Of a DNA stretch of 36,542 nucleotides, positions 16,495 to 25,631 are shown one piece after another. The number at the start of each line of letters is the position of its first letter. Position 1 is the first letter of the stretch. Below the pieces are notes generated by a model. The model did no database searches and was not told where the DNA came from. It worked only from the letters and a program-made list of their open reading frames with translations. The position numbers and the translations under genes were made by a program. Source of the stretch: a virus (lineage: Duplodnaviria; Caudoviricetes). The stretch spans positions 1 to 36,542 of the IMG/VR virus record IMGVR_UViG_3300017553_000339. One strand, 5' to 3'.

Positions 16495-18947
16495 TGGCAC
16501 AGAACTGGTGGGACGATCAGCCGGTCGCTTCTCAGGCTCCGACGCAGCAGCCCCCGCGCGCTGGCCCGCGACCGATCACGCTGACGCCGGGCGACCCGAA
16601 CGCGCAGCGGAAAAGTGATCTGGATATTCAGGGGAAGCAGATCGGCGTCCAGACTGATGCCGCCACCGCGCCTTATGCTGGGCCGCAGGCGGCGGCAGAC
16701 CTCGAAGCGCGCCGGATCGCCAATGAGAAGGCCAGACGCGAGTTGGAGGCGCAGCAGGAAGGATCATCGCCTGCGCAGCGCAAAGCGCAGCTTGATCTTG
16801 GTAATGACGAGATTATGGCCGCGATCCAGCGTGCGCGAAACGACCTCAAAAAAGGCGGGTCTGCGGGCTACTGGGCACGCCTGCCGGAAATGCTACAGCC
16901 GCAATCGGCTATCAACCTTGGCGGATCGCTGAACACTATCGCCTCGCGCCTGACCCTCGACAAGCTATCAGAATTGAAATCTCAATCAGCGGTTGGCGCC
17001 TCCGGCCTTGGTGCGCTGTCTGAGCGTGAGGGCGCATTGCTGCGCGATAGCGTCGCTGCGCTTGGGCAAACGCAAGACCCGCAGCGCCTGCTTGAAAACC
17101 TGAACGAGGTGGAAAATCACTATCGGAACATGATGATCCTCTCGAATGGCGAGGACTTCCGAAACCCTGAGGTCGCGAAGAAATACGGCATCGCCGCCAA
17201 TCCGCCTGATTGGGGTATGGCAGGATCCGCCCGCGAACAGGGCGGCGAACTGACTGCCGAGGGGAAATGGCAGGATGATCCGGCGCTGCGTGGAGTGAAC
17301 AGCCGCGTTGCGCAGATGATCCAGCAGGGCGCTTCGGCTGGCGATGTGCGCGCCTACCTTGATAGCGTGCAGCCGGGCCTTGGTGAACGCGCGGAGCAGG
17401 TGGACGAGGTTATCCGCTATCATCAGCAGCACCCGCAGGCGACCCCGCAAGTCAATCTTGAGCGGCAGTGGGTGCCTTCTGACCCGGCCACACAGTTTAT
17501 AGGTGGCGCTGGCATGTCCCCCGTGGGCCAATATTTCATTGGTGCGGGTGACGCGCTTTCAGCGGGAACGTTGGACAACTGGACATCCAGTCCTGCCGCC
17601 ACCCGCGCCGCGATGGCGGCGAATGCTGAGGCAAACCCTACCTCTGATCTTTTGGGGAACCTTACCGGCAACGTCCTCGGCACCGCAGGCGCTGGCAAGG
17701 TGCTTGGCATGTTCGGACGCGGTTCCGCTCTGGCGCGCAACCCTGCCCTTGCCGATCTGGTCTATGGGGCGGCCTATGGAGCAGGAAGCGCGGACGAAGG
17801 CAGTCGCACCATGGGCGCGCTTACCGGCGCGGCTGAAAACTATCTGGGGGCGAAGGCGGGGCAGAAGGTGGGGAGCGCCATCGGGTCATCCATGACAGGC
17901 GTTACCGACCCCGCTGTCCAGTACCTCGCCAAATTGGGCGTGCGTATGACGCCGGGACAAATGGCAGGCGGGCGGCTCAAGTCGATGGAGGACCGCTGGA
18001 CGGGCAATGCAGGCCTTGGCGACAAGATCAACACATTGCGCAGGCGATCTATTGAGGACTGGAACCGCGCGGCCTTCGATGAAGCTTATGCGCCTGTGGG
18101 ATATTCGCCATCCTCCATTGGGGAAAGTGGTGTTTCGCAGGGGCGGCGCGCAGTTTCCGACTTCTACAATCGTGCGCTCGATCCAGTTGCCGTGAACGCG
18201 GACCCGCAATTCATGGGGGCTATGTCGAACATCAAGCAGGCTGGCGCAGGCATCCCCGGCGAGCTTGCGGGCGAAATTGATAACACGCTGAAAAGCCGGG
18301 TTGGCCCTTATATCGACCCGAATACGGGCGAGATTACCGGGCGAAATTATCAGGCTATCCGTCAGGGTGTACAGTCTGATATGTCCGCCTTTTCAGGTAA
18401 GCCTCGCTATGATCTCTATCGCGATCAGGCTGGCAATATCCTTGGTGAACTGGACGACCTTTTCCGCCGCCAATCGCCCGGAACCGCAGAGGCTCTTGGG
18501 CAGGCCAATCAAGGGTGGCGCAACAACAGCATCCTTGAGGACGCCACCATTGCCGCCCGGAACAATGACGGCCTTTTCATGCCCTCCCAGCTTGGCAATG
18601 CCGCCGTATCGAATGCGAAAAAATATGGCGGCAAGGGTCTTGCGGCTTCGGAAGATCGTCCGTTCTTCGAGCTACAGCGAGCTGGGCAAAATGTGCTGCC
18701 CTCGAAGGTCCCTGACAGCGGAACCGCTGGCCGCGCACGCGAGGGGAGTATAACCGCGAAGGCGACGGGGGCGGCGCTCGATGCCCTGCGCTCCCCGCTC
18801 TATTCCGAGACGCTGGAACCGCTCTTCCGGGCTGGCCTGCTGGAACGCCCGCAGGCGCTTATCGACGCGGGCGAACTTTTGAAGCAGTATAGCAGGCTTC
18901 CGGGCATGTTTGGCGGCGCAGCAGCGCTTCAATATTTCGGGCAGTAG
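16494..18947 (+). CDS. Large ejection protein 3 (P22 gp16 position)
   Basis: 817 aa, G/A-rich hydrophobic centre, TPGQ motif; last gene of the ejection cluster. Confidence 0.75.
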   Translation: MAQNWWDDQPVASQAPTQQPPRAGPRPITLTPGDPNAQRKSDLDIQGKQIGVQTDAATAPYAGPQAAADLEARRIANEKARRELEAQQEGSSPAQRKAQLDLGNDEIMAAIQRARNDLKKGGSAGYWARLPEMLQPQSAINLGGSLNTIASRLTLDKLSELKSQSAVGASGLGALSEREGALLRDSVAALGQTQDPQRLLENLNEVENHYRNMMILSNGEDFRNPEVAKKYGIAANPPDWGMAGSAREQGGELTAEGKWQDDPALRGVNSRVAQMIQQGASAGDVRAYLDSVQPGLGERAEQVDEVIRYHQQHPQATPQVNLERQWVPSDPATQFIGGAGMSPVGQYFIGAGDALSAGTLDNWTSSPAATRAAMAANAEANPTSDLLGNLTGNVLGTAGAGKVLGMFGRGSALARNPALADLVYGAAYGAGSADEGSRTMGALTGAAENYLGAKAGQKVGSAIGSSMTGVTDPAVQYLAKLGVRMTPGQMAGGRLKSMEDRWTGNAGLGDKINTLRRRSIEDWNRAAFDEAYAPVGYSPSSIGESGVSQGRRAVSDFYNRALDPVAVNADPQFMGAMSNIKQAGAGIPGELAGEIDNTLKSRVGPYIDPNTGEITGRNYQAIRQGVQSDMSAFSGKPRYDLYRDQAGNILGELDDLFRRQSPGTAEALGQANQGWRNNSILEDATIAARNNDGLFMPSQLGNAAVSNAKKYGGKGLAASEDRPFFELQRAGQNVLPSKVPDSGTAGRAREGSITAKATGAALDALRSPLYSETLEPLFRAGLLERPQALIDAGELLKQYSRLPGMFGGAAALQYFGQ

Positions 18948-19207
18948 GGGTAGCACCATAAACCCAACGCGCCCCCGAAAACCCAAAGGACGCCAGCCAG
19001 CGTGACCGCCACGAACGCCCACCACGACCAGACAACAGCCCGTTCGCCCCACAGCAGGCGCGCGTCCGTGATGAACCCGGCGTTGCGCACATGGTGGGGC
19101 AGGCCCTCGCGCCTCGCCTTCCATTCAAGATATTTGGGCTTGAAGCCCCGCCAGGCACCCATGAGCAACGCAGCGCAGAACAGGGTGAGTATCTTGGAAG
19201 TGGTCAT
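18929..19207 (-). CDS. Small two-TM membrane protein (moron; possible superinfection exclusion)
   Basis: Two hydrophobic Trp-rich segments; opposite strand to the late operon. Confidence 0.6.
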   Translation of the reverse strand: MTTSKILTLFCAALLMGAWRGFKPKYLEWKARREGLPHHVRNAGFITDARLLWGERAVVWSWWAFVAVTLAGVLWVFGGALGLWCYPYCPKY

Positions 19208-19254
19208 CCCCCACCCTTACCCCATCCCTCAACGCGGGTGAAGTGCGTTTACCA

Positions 19255-19283
19255 TTGCCGGGATTCCTCGGATTCGCTATAAA
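19255..19283 (+). promoter_or_regulatory. Sigma70-type promoter driving an RNA antisense to the small peptide gene
   Basis: TTGCCG-N17-TATAAA with GC before the -10; no credible + strand gene downstream. Confidence 0.65.
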
Positions 19284-19289
19284 GCGCAT

Positions 19290-19480
19290 AGCCGGTCGTG
19301 GAATTCGGCAGACGCCCCTAAGACGCCTGCCGAACCCGTTAGCTGAGAGTGAAGGCGAGTATGGCAAGCGCTCTAATGATTGCTGCCACGTCGATCTCAA
19401 CGCTCAACTTTTTCGTGTTCCAAGAAAACATGGTTGCTTCCTCGGGCCACGACCGGTCGCAGCCTATGAGGGTTGCGATT
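19290..19480 (+). ncRNA. Putative antisense (antitoxin) RNA, ~190 nt
   Basis: Lies between the promoter at 19255-19283 and hairpin GTCGCAGCC-TATGAG-GGTTGCGAT (19456-19479). Fully covers the peptide ORF and its RBS. Confidence 0.45.
19339..19431 (-). CDS. 30-aa hydrophobic peptide, candidate type I toxin
   Basis: MFSWNTKKLSVEIDVAAIIRALAILAFTLS; RBS GAGGAAG just upstream of ATG; strong hairpin (19304-19334) after the stop. Confidence 0.6.
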   Translation of the reverse strand: MFSWNTKKLSVEIDVAAIIRALAILAFTLS

Positions 19481-19715
19481 ACGCGTTCCTTGCAACCAAT
19501 ATGGCCGGTTGCGGCAAACCGCCTCACCCTTCCTGCTCTAGAAACGATCCGGGCGATGCTCGCTTGACACCTTTGCCGTGATCCAATTCCTTTCGGATGA
19601 GTGGACCGACGCAGAGCGAGCGTGCGACCTCTCAAGGTGAGTTTGTCAAAAGCCCTCAATCGAATCTCCCGCCCATCATGCAGAACGGTCGGAGAGAGTC
19701 GAGTCAGACCCCCCT

Positions 19716-20003
19716 TCAAGCCGCCAGTAGCGGCTCTATATCCGCGATATCACCACTGTCGCTGGTCAACAGATCATAGTGCGCTTGCAGGTTCAGCCAG
19801 AACTCCGGTGTTGTCCCAAGCGCCCGCGACAGTCGCAGCGCGGTATCGGTGGTAACAGAGGTCCTCTCCTCGCACAGCCGCTCGATGCGGGTGCGGGGGA
19901 CATGGATATGCTTCGCCAGCTTCCCGGCGCTGATGCCCATTTCCTCAAGAAACTCCGCTTTCAGAATTTCGCCGGGGTGGACCGGCACTTGCAACATAGT
20001 CAT
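19716..20003 (-). CDS. higA: HigA antitoxin
   Basis: PVHPGEILKAEFLE...TALRLSRALGTTPEFWLNLQAHYDL. Confidence 0.95.
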   Translation of the reverse strand: MTMLQVPVHPGEILKAEFLEEMGISAGKLAKHIHVPRTRIERLCEERTSVTTDTALRLSRALGTTPEFWLNLQAHYDLLTSDSGDIADIEPLLAA

Positions 20004-20014
20004 GTCGGCTCCTT

Positions 20015-20296
20015 TCAATGATAGTCCACTATCTCAACATTTTCCGGGCCTTTCTCGGTCCAGACAAAACAGATGCGCCATTGCCCGTTGATCCGGATCG
20101 AATGCTGCCCTACCCGGTCACCGGAAAGCGCTTCAAGTCGGTTCGCTGGCGGCGACCGCAAGTCATCCAGCGTCACCGCCGCCTCCAACATGGCGACCTT
20201 GCGAACGGCGACCCGGAACAGATCGGACGGGAAGCCCTTGCCCGGCTTGCCGGATAGAACCTGTTCGATCAACTTCCCTTTGGCGCTCTGTATCAT
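20015..20296 (-). CDS. higB: HigB (RelE/ParE family) toxin
   Basis: MIQS...LDDLRSPPANRLEALSGDRVGQHSIRINGQWRICFVW...VEIVDYH. Confidence 0.95.
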   Translation of the reverse strand: MIQSAKGKLIEQVLSGKPGKGFPSDLFRVAVRKVAMLEAAVTLDDLRSPPANRLEALSGDRVGQHSIRINGQWRICFVWTEKGPENVEIVDYH

Positions 20297-20332
20297 GAAT
20301 TGATACGTATCATGATGTGATACATAACGCAA
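20290..20332 (-). promoter_or_regulatory. higBA promoter with tandem palindromic operators
   Basis: Two adjacent GTATCA-N5-TGATAC palindromes (20290-20306, 20307-20323) over the start codon and -10; TTGCGT -35 at 20327-20332. Confidence 0.75.
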
Positions 20333-20436
20333 GAGCTTTTATCCCCTTCCCCCCGCGAATCACCTATGCTAAAACACCTCCTGCGAACCGGCTAATGCGC
20401 CGCTCATCGTACATTCTGACTTTCACGGATGTGACG

Positions 20437-21090
20437 ATGGCGATTAGCGACTGGGATATCACCGCTTCCAACAACACGAATATCGATGGCGTGAACATCG
20501 CGGAGAATTGTCCTCCCGGTGGCATCAATAACGCCATCCGCTCCATTATGGCGGCTGTGCGCAGCGCTATCAGCGACTTCTGGCTGACTGTGTTGACAGC
20601 CTCGACGGCCTCGGCTGCGCGAGCGGCAATGGGAGTGCCAGAAGCGACCGCCGCCGCGACCGCTCTCGGCAGCGTAACCCCCGCCGCAAACACCCTCCCC
20701 TATTTCACGGGGGCGAATAGCGCGTCCGTGACGACGCTAAGTTCATTCATGCGCACCATGCTGGATGACGCAGACGCTGCGACGGCAAGGGCGACCATCG
20801 GCGCACTGGCGGCTGGTCGATCGGGTAGTGGAACATCCGGGCGCTACGTGTTCAGCGATGGCTTCGCGATCACATGGCGGACATTCACCTTCACTGGCGG
20901 CAGCGCCACTTTGACCTATGGCAATAGTCATGAGTTCAGCGTTTTCGCTCGCGCATGGGTGGAGGGCGATGACGTTGGCGGTCAGGATGTTTCGATCTGG
21001 GTAACCTCGTCAGGCCTTTCCAGCGCGACCGTCCGCAATGGCGGCGATAGCGGGACAATCACCTGCACGCTCTTCGCGCTGGGGGTCTGA
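20437..21090 (+). CDS. Tail fibre protein (short)
   Basis: W..TA..N..I...NIAE.C.P.GINNAIR.IMA anchor; AANTLPYFTG...TLSSFMRTMLDDADAATARATIG repeat; gp53-like C-terminus. Confidence 0.85.
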   Translation: MAISDWDITASNNTNIDGVNIAENCPPGGINNAIRSIMAAVRSAISDFWLTVLTASTASAARAAMGVPEATAAATALGSVTPAANTLPYFTGANSASVTTLSSFMRTMLDDADAATARATIGALAAGRSGSGTSGRYVFSDGFAITWRTFTFTGGSATLTYGNSHEFSVFARAWVEGDDVGGQDVSIWVTSSGLSSATVRNGGDSGTITCTLFALGV

Positions 21091-21092
21091 CG

Positions 21093-22976
21093 ATGGCCGC
21101 GAAATATCTCGACACTATCACCGACCGGGCGGGGAACGCTCTGGCAGGCGCGATCGTGCAGGCGATCGATAGTAATGGCGCTTTGCAGACGCTCTATGAT
21201 GATCCCGATCTGCTGACGCCAATCGGCCTCAGCGCGGCGACTAATGATAATGGTCTGGTGACCTTCTATATCCCGGACGGAACCTACACGATCCAGCAGA
21301 ATTACGCCGGGATATCCGCCTCAATCCAGAATGTCGAATTGTTCGACCTGGGAGACCTGAGGGCCGACGTGAACACCAGTACGGCAGATAAGGCCAACGC
21401 CTCTGCCCTCGGCATCACCGCATCCGATAGCACTATGGGCGCCTTCACCACCACCATCATCCCCGACAACTCGACCGCGAAGGGCGCGTTGGAGGCGGTG
21501 GCGAGCGAGGTCTCCTCTGTCAGCAAAAGCGTCATCACGCAGGAATCGGCCAACCGCCGAAAAGTGGTTGGGAAAATACCTTTCGTCAACACCGACACCG
21601 CCGCGCAGCTCGCCTTGTTTTCTGGCATTACGCACTTTTACCCTCAGGGGTTTACAGTCGATCTCTCCGCGCGAGAGCTTTTCCTCATTCGCGACGGCGC
21701 AGGAGTCGCGCAAGTTGTTGAGATATACGATTACGACACTCTTCAATATAAGTCGTGCTTCTTTCCATACGTAGACGCATCTACGCCAATGACTGTTGTG
21801 TCAGAGAGCCTTGTTGTTAAATGGGAGGGAGCAAGTCGTAAGTTATATTTAAGGTCATCTACATACAATCTTCATAAATATGATGTAACCACTCCAACAA
21901 ATCTAAACAAAGTCGTCTCGGAAGAATTGATAAATTGTTATACCGGCATCTTCTTCGATTATTGCGAAGGAATGTGGTATGTCGCGGATGACTATCCCCT
22001 TGTAGGGGTAATGAAGCGCAGAAACCAGATCATCAAATATGACGATGATTGGAACCGTCGCGGCCATTTTGATATAAAATTGGCAAATGTCGGGGCTGGT
22101 GCTACGTCTGCGTATTCCAATACTTACATCGCGAAGCGACAGGGCTTTAAGATCGCGGCTGGCGGTATTCTTCTAAGCTGCGGCGGTCGCCGTTCCGGTG
22201 CATCGGATTTTGGTGAGTATCGAAATCAGGGCATTCGGTTTGTGAATGCATCAGGCGATGTGTTTGTTGACGCTCTTTGTCGAAATAGCGTTTTCAGGGG
22301 CGTTCTATCGGACGCAGGGTTCGTTACTGATTTTGTCGAAAACGAAGGCGTTTTCTATGACGATCAGGCAGACGTTGTCCTTTCGCTATTCTGTGTGAAC
22401 GATGAAACGTCTGCGCTGGCCGCCACGGACGGGATGCTCTTGTTACAAGAGTTTTGCACTGATCCGGACGCGTTGAATTTTGCGGGGGTTTCTACCGTCC
22501 CTGTGCTGCCGTTGGTGGATTACAACGGATTGTACAACCGATCTGGCGATGGTCGCATGTATAACCCGGTGACTGGTGACGTGTTCCTGTCGTGGGGCGA
22601 CATCATCCGCTATATGCGCAATGTGGATATGACCGACTTCAGCTTCTACAGCTCGTCGGTGTCGTATCTCGTTGACTGCAACGGCAACACCCTACCATCC
22701 GGGCTGCGGGTTTTTATCTTCAACTGCAATAACGGGACCTTCTTTGTAAAAGCTTTTGGCAATGCGGCCGAAAGGTCGTGGCGCGTCGTTTACGATTCCG
22801 GCGCCGATACGTTCACCCAGAATGATGCGATGACTTATCTGGGCGGCACCGGCTCCCCCGAAGGTTCGGTCACCGCGCCCATAGGCACGCTCTATGTCAA
22901 CAAGTCCGGCGGCGCAGGGACAACGCTCTACGTCAAGGAGAGTGGAACCGGCACCACCGGGTGGGTCGCGAAATGA
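21093..22976 (+). CDS. Tailspike / receptor-binding protein
   Basis: N-terminal anchor (D..GNALAGA...NG.VTFY.PDG.Y); AT-rich central domain; C-terminal GTGSPEGSVTAPIGTLY...GGAGTTLYVKESGTG.TGW motif. Confidence 0.8.
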   Translation: MAAKYLDTITDRAGNALAGAIVQAIDSNGALQTLYDDPDLLTPIGLSAATNDNGLVTFYIPDGTYTIQQNYAGISASIQNVELFDLGDLRADVNTSTADKANASALGITASDSTMGAFTTTIIPDNSTAKGALEAVASEVSSVSKSVITQESANRRKVVGKIPFVNTDTAAQLALFSGITHFYPQGFTVDLSARELFLIRDGAGVAQVVEIYDYDTLQYKSCFFPYVDASTPMTVVSESLVVKWEGASRKLYLRSSTYNLHKYDVTTPTNLNKVVSEELINCYTGIFFDYCEGMWYVADDYPLVGVMKRRNQIIKYDDDWNRRGHFDIKLANVGAGATSAYSNTYIAKRQGFKIAAGGILLSCGGRRSGASDFGEYRNQGIRFVNASGDVFVDALCRNSVFRGVLSDAGFVTDFVENEGVFYDDQADVVLSLFCVNDETSALAATDGMLLLQEFCTDPDALNFAGVSTVPVLPLVDYNGLYNRSGDGRMYNPVTGDVFLSWGDIIRYMRNVDMTDFSFYSSSVSYLVDCNGNTLPSGLRVFIFNCNNGTFFVKAFGNAAERSWRVVYDSGADTFTQNDAMTYLGGTGSPEGSVTAPIGTLYVNKSGGAGTTLYVKESGTGTTGWVAK

Positions 22977-23167
22977 CGCGCTTCGAGGACATTTCAGAAA
23001 ACATCAAGGGGATAGGCGATGCGCTGTCAATCGGCATCGTTGTTGGGACGATTGCTGACATGCTGCCATCGATAGCCGCCATCCTCACCATAGTCTGGAC
23101 GGCGATCCGCATTTGGGAAACGCCGACGATCCAACGGATATTTCGGCGCAACGGGGATGGAACATGA
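22973..23167 (+). CDS. Putative holin/antiholin 1
   Basis: Small hydrophobic protein with basic C-terminus, upstream of the endolysin. Confidence 0.65.
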   Translation: MTRFEDISENIKGIGDALSIGIVVGTIADMLPSIAAILTIVWTAIRIWETPTIQRIFRRNGDGT

Positions 23168-23415
23168 CGATCTGGCAAAAGATTGAAACCCGGCTGGTAA
23201 TGGACTGGCGAGAAAGCTGGCGCTGGTGGTCGGTGCGCTTCGGCGCGGCGGGCGCGGTGCTGTTCGCGGCCTCGGACGTGCTGCGCGATGCGTGGCAATA
23301 TGTGCCGCCTGATCTGCGGTCCTACCTCCCATACGCGCAGTACATCTCCTACGCGCTGTTCGGCCTCGGCTTCGTCTCGCGCTTCATCAAGCAGCCGGAG
23401 AGGCACGGTGGCTGA
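23164..23415 (+). CDS. Putative holin 2
   Basis: LV.DWR..WRWWSVR...two TMs...RFIKQP motif. Confidence 0.7.
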   Translation: MTIWQKIETRLVMDWRESWRWWSVRFGAAGAVLFAASDVLRDAWQYVPPDLRSYLPYAQYISYALFGLGFVSRFIKQPERHGG

Positions 23416-24004
23416 TGGGAAGAAAATCGGCGCAGGCACCGCTGTCATCACGTCCATTCTCGCCGCGATCTTCGCGGTTGAAGGCGGTTATGTGAATGAT
23501 CCCCGCGACCCCGGCGGTGAGACCAATATGGGTATCACCAAGACGGTCGCCCGCGAACACGGCTACACCGGCCCCATGCGCGACCTGCCAAAGGCGACGG
23601 CGGCGGACATCTACACGCGGACCTATATCGACGCGCCGGGCTATCGTCCGATGGTCGAGATTGAGCCGGTGGTTGCTGAAGAACTGGTGGACACCGCCGT
23701 CAACATGGGTCAGTCGCGGCCGTCGCGCTGGTTCCAGCAGTCCATCAATGATCTGTGCGGCGATAAGCTGGCGGTGGATGGCAAGGTGGGGCCTGCGACC
23801 ATTGCGGCCTATATCGTGTGCCAAGGTAAGTTAGGCCGCGTCCCGCTTTGCAAGGGAATGCTGGCCCGCCTCGATGCAAAACAGAAGGCGGAATATGACC
23901 GCCTTGTCCGCGTCAACCCGGCTCTCAAGGTCTATTACAAGGGCTGGACGCGCAATCGCATTGGCAACGCCAGCCCGAAGAAATGCGGGAGCGACGTGCT
24001 GTGA
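23408..24004 (+). CDS. Endolysin, glycoside hydrolase family 108 with PG-binding domain
   Basis: EGGYVNDPRDPGGETNMGIT catalytic motif; D.AVNMG; VDGKVGPAT; GW.RNRI; SAR-like hydrophobic N-terminus. Confidence 0.93.
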   Translation: MADGKKIGAGTAVITSILAAIFAVEGGYVNDPRDPGGETNMGITKTVAREHGYTGPMRDLPKATAADIYTRTYIDAPGYRPMVEIEPVVAEELVDTAVNMGQSRPSRWFQQSINDLCGDKLAVDGKVGPATIAAYIVCQGKLGRVPLCKGMLARLDAKQKAEYDRLVRVNPALKVYYKGWTRNRIGNASPKKCGSDVL

Positions 24005-24489
24005 CCATCGCCGCCGCCCTCCTGCGCCGCTTCTGGTGGGCGCTCCCGCTCGCTCTGGCGCTCGCATGGGGCCTGCGTGTGAACAGCCTGCGCGCCAGCT
24101 ACAAAGCCAAATGGCAGGCGGTCAGCACTGAATATGCGTCGTTCAAAACCGCGATCGTGGACAAGACCGCCGAGGCCCTTGCCGCACAGAAGGCCGTCAA
24201 TGCGGCGAAAGAGGCCGAATATCAGGAGAAAGCCGATGAAGCCGACAAAAGCATTGATGATCTGCGCGCTCGTCTCGCTCTCAAGCTGCGGCAAGGAACA
24301 GGTGGAAGTGCGGGCGGCACAGCCGGTAGCCCCGCCGAAAGTGACGGTGCCGGACTTTCTGAAGAAGTGCCCGCCTCTTCCCCCGGAACTGGCGGATCAG
24401 TGCAAGTAGACGCCGACACGCTGGCCGGATTGTCCGCCTACGCGATTAAAGCCCACGAATGGGCTATCTCTCTGGAGAATGACAAATGA
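24001..24489 (+). CDS. Rz: Inner-membrane spanin
   Basis: N-terminal TM plus coiled coil, after the endolysin. Confidence 0.8.
   Translation: MTIAAALLRRFWWALPLALALAWGLRVNSLRASYKAKWQAVSTEYASFKTAIVDKTAEALAAQKAVNAAKEAEYQEKADEADKSIDDLRARLALKLRQGTGGSAGGTAGSPAESDGAGLSEEVPASSPGTGGSVQVDADTLAGLSAYAIKAHEWAISLENDK
24236..24409 (+). CDS. Rz1: Outer-membrane spanin lipoprotein embedded in Rz (+1 frame)
   Basis: MKPTKALMICALVSLSSC lipobox; Pro-rich; RBS CAGGAG. Confidence 0.8.
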   Translation: MKPTKALMICALVSLSSCGKEQVEVRAAQPVAPPKVTVPDFLKKCPPLPPELADQCK

Positions 24490-25631
24490 GCATCGGGCTT
24501 GGCGTTTATGGCGGCTTCTCTCGTGGCGCCGCCGACCGATGGGCACGCGCGACCGGTATCGCAACGCTGCAATATCCACTCGCCGCGCCCCGCAAGATCA
24601 TGATCGCGGGCACGAGCATCGATGCCGGTTACAACACGGCCTATCCGTCCGGCAACCAGCAGGGCTATAAATGCGGCCCGGTTCGTCGCCTTCGCGATGC
24701 CCTGCGCGCGCGGGGCTTCTATGCGCAGGACGAGTCCTTTGCCGGGACTATGGGATATACCACCGCTGCCTCCTTTCAGTCGTTCGATCCCCGTTTCCAA
24801 AACGGCAGCGGGTGGGAGTATTCTGGGGTTTCCGGCGCAACGTGGTCGATCTTGCAGAACTCGACCACCACCAACGCATTCACCTATACGCCGGATGACA
24901 CGACCCAGACCTTCACGGTCTGGGTCCGCTCGGTCACTGGCACCGGCTCGGTTACGGTCAGTTGCGGTGCTGCGACCAAGACGGTGAGCATCCAGCTTGC
25001 GACAACGGATTTTGTCGCCATCACGCTGGGCGAGAGCGAAGGTGTAACACTCGGCCAGAACACCTATTCGGTTGCCCGCGTGTCTGGCACCATTCAGGTG
25101 GCGTTCTGCTGGGCGCGCAATGCTCGCCTGCCGGCCTATCAGTTGCTCAACTGTTCGTCATCCGGCGCTCGCATGCAGCACATTGCCAACGCCAACGATC
25201 TGGCGCGGCCGCTCTATTTCCCTGAGCAGATTTTGACGGCTGGCGATGAATACTGGATCGCCATGGGACCGAACGATTGGCGCGATAATGCCGTCCCATC
25301 CCCGGTCGAAAACCTTCCGACCTATCGGGCGAACATGGAAGCGCTGCTCGATCGGCGCGCTGCGAACGATATCAAGAGCAGGGTCATCATTCCGGCTCGC
25401 ACATCCATTCTAGCCGCCTCCATCGCCAACCAGGACCTGTATAACGCAGCGATCCGCGAGGTCGCGGCGTCTCGGGGGGTGCCAGTGTTCGATTTCAAGG
25501 ATCGTTGGGGTGAGCATGCGGATGCTCTTGCGGCGGGGTTCATGAACGCAGATCCGGACTATTTCCACCCGATCTGGCGTGGTGCGGGGGATATCAGCCA
25601 GGTTTACGCAGCGCTGACGCTCGCAGCCTAG
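24486..25631 (+). CDS. SGNH/GDSL hydrolase with inserted beta-sandwich domain
   Basis: Blocks IAGTSI, NCSSSG, MGPNDW, DYFHP. Confidence 0.85.
   Translation: MSIGLGVYGGFSRGAADRWARATGIATLQYPLAAPRKIMIAGTSIDAGYNTAYPSGNQQGYKCGPVRRLRDALRARGFYAQDESFAGTMGYTTAASFQSFDPRFQNGSGWEYSGVSGATWSILQNSTTTNAFTYTPDDTTQTFTVWVRSVTGTGSVTVSCGAATKTVSIQLATTDFVAITLGESEGVTLGQNTYSVARVSGTIQVAFCWARNARLPAYQLLNCSSSGARMQHIANANDLARPLYFPEQILTAGDEYWIAMGPNDWRDNAVPSPVENLPTYRANMEALLDRRAANDIKSRVIIPARTSILAASIANQDLYNAAIREVAASRGVPVFDFKDRWGEHADALAAGFMNADPDYFHPIWRGAGDISQVYAALTLAA

Noticed and set aside
19339-19719. 126-aa ORF from the ORF track
   Set aside because: TTG start with no RBS and non-protein-like N-terminal part. The internal ATG at 19431 has a good RBS.
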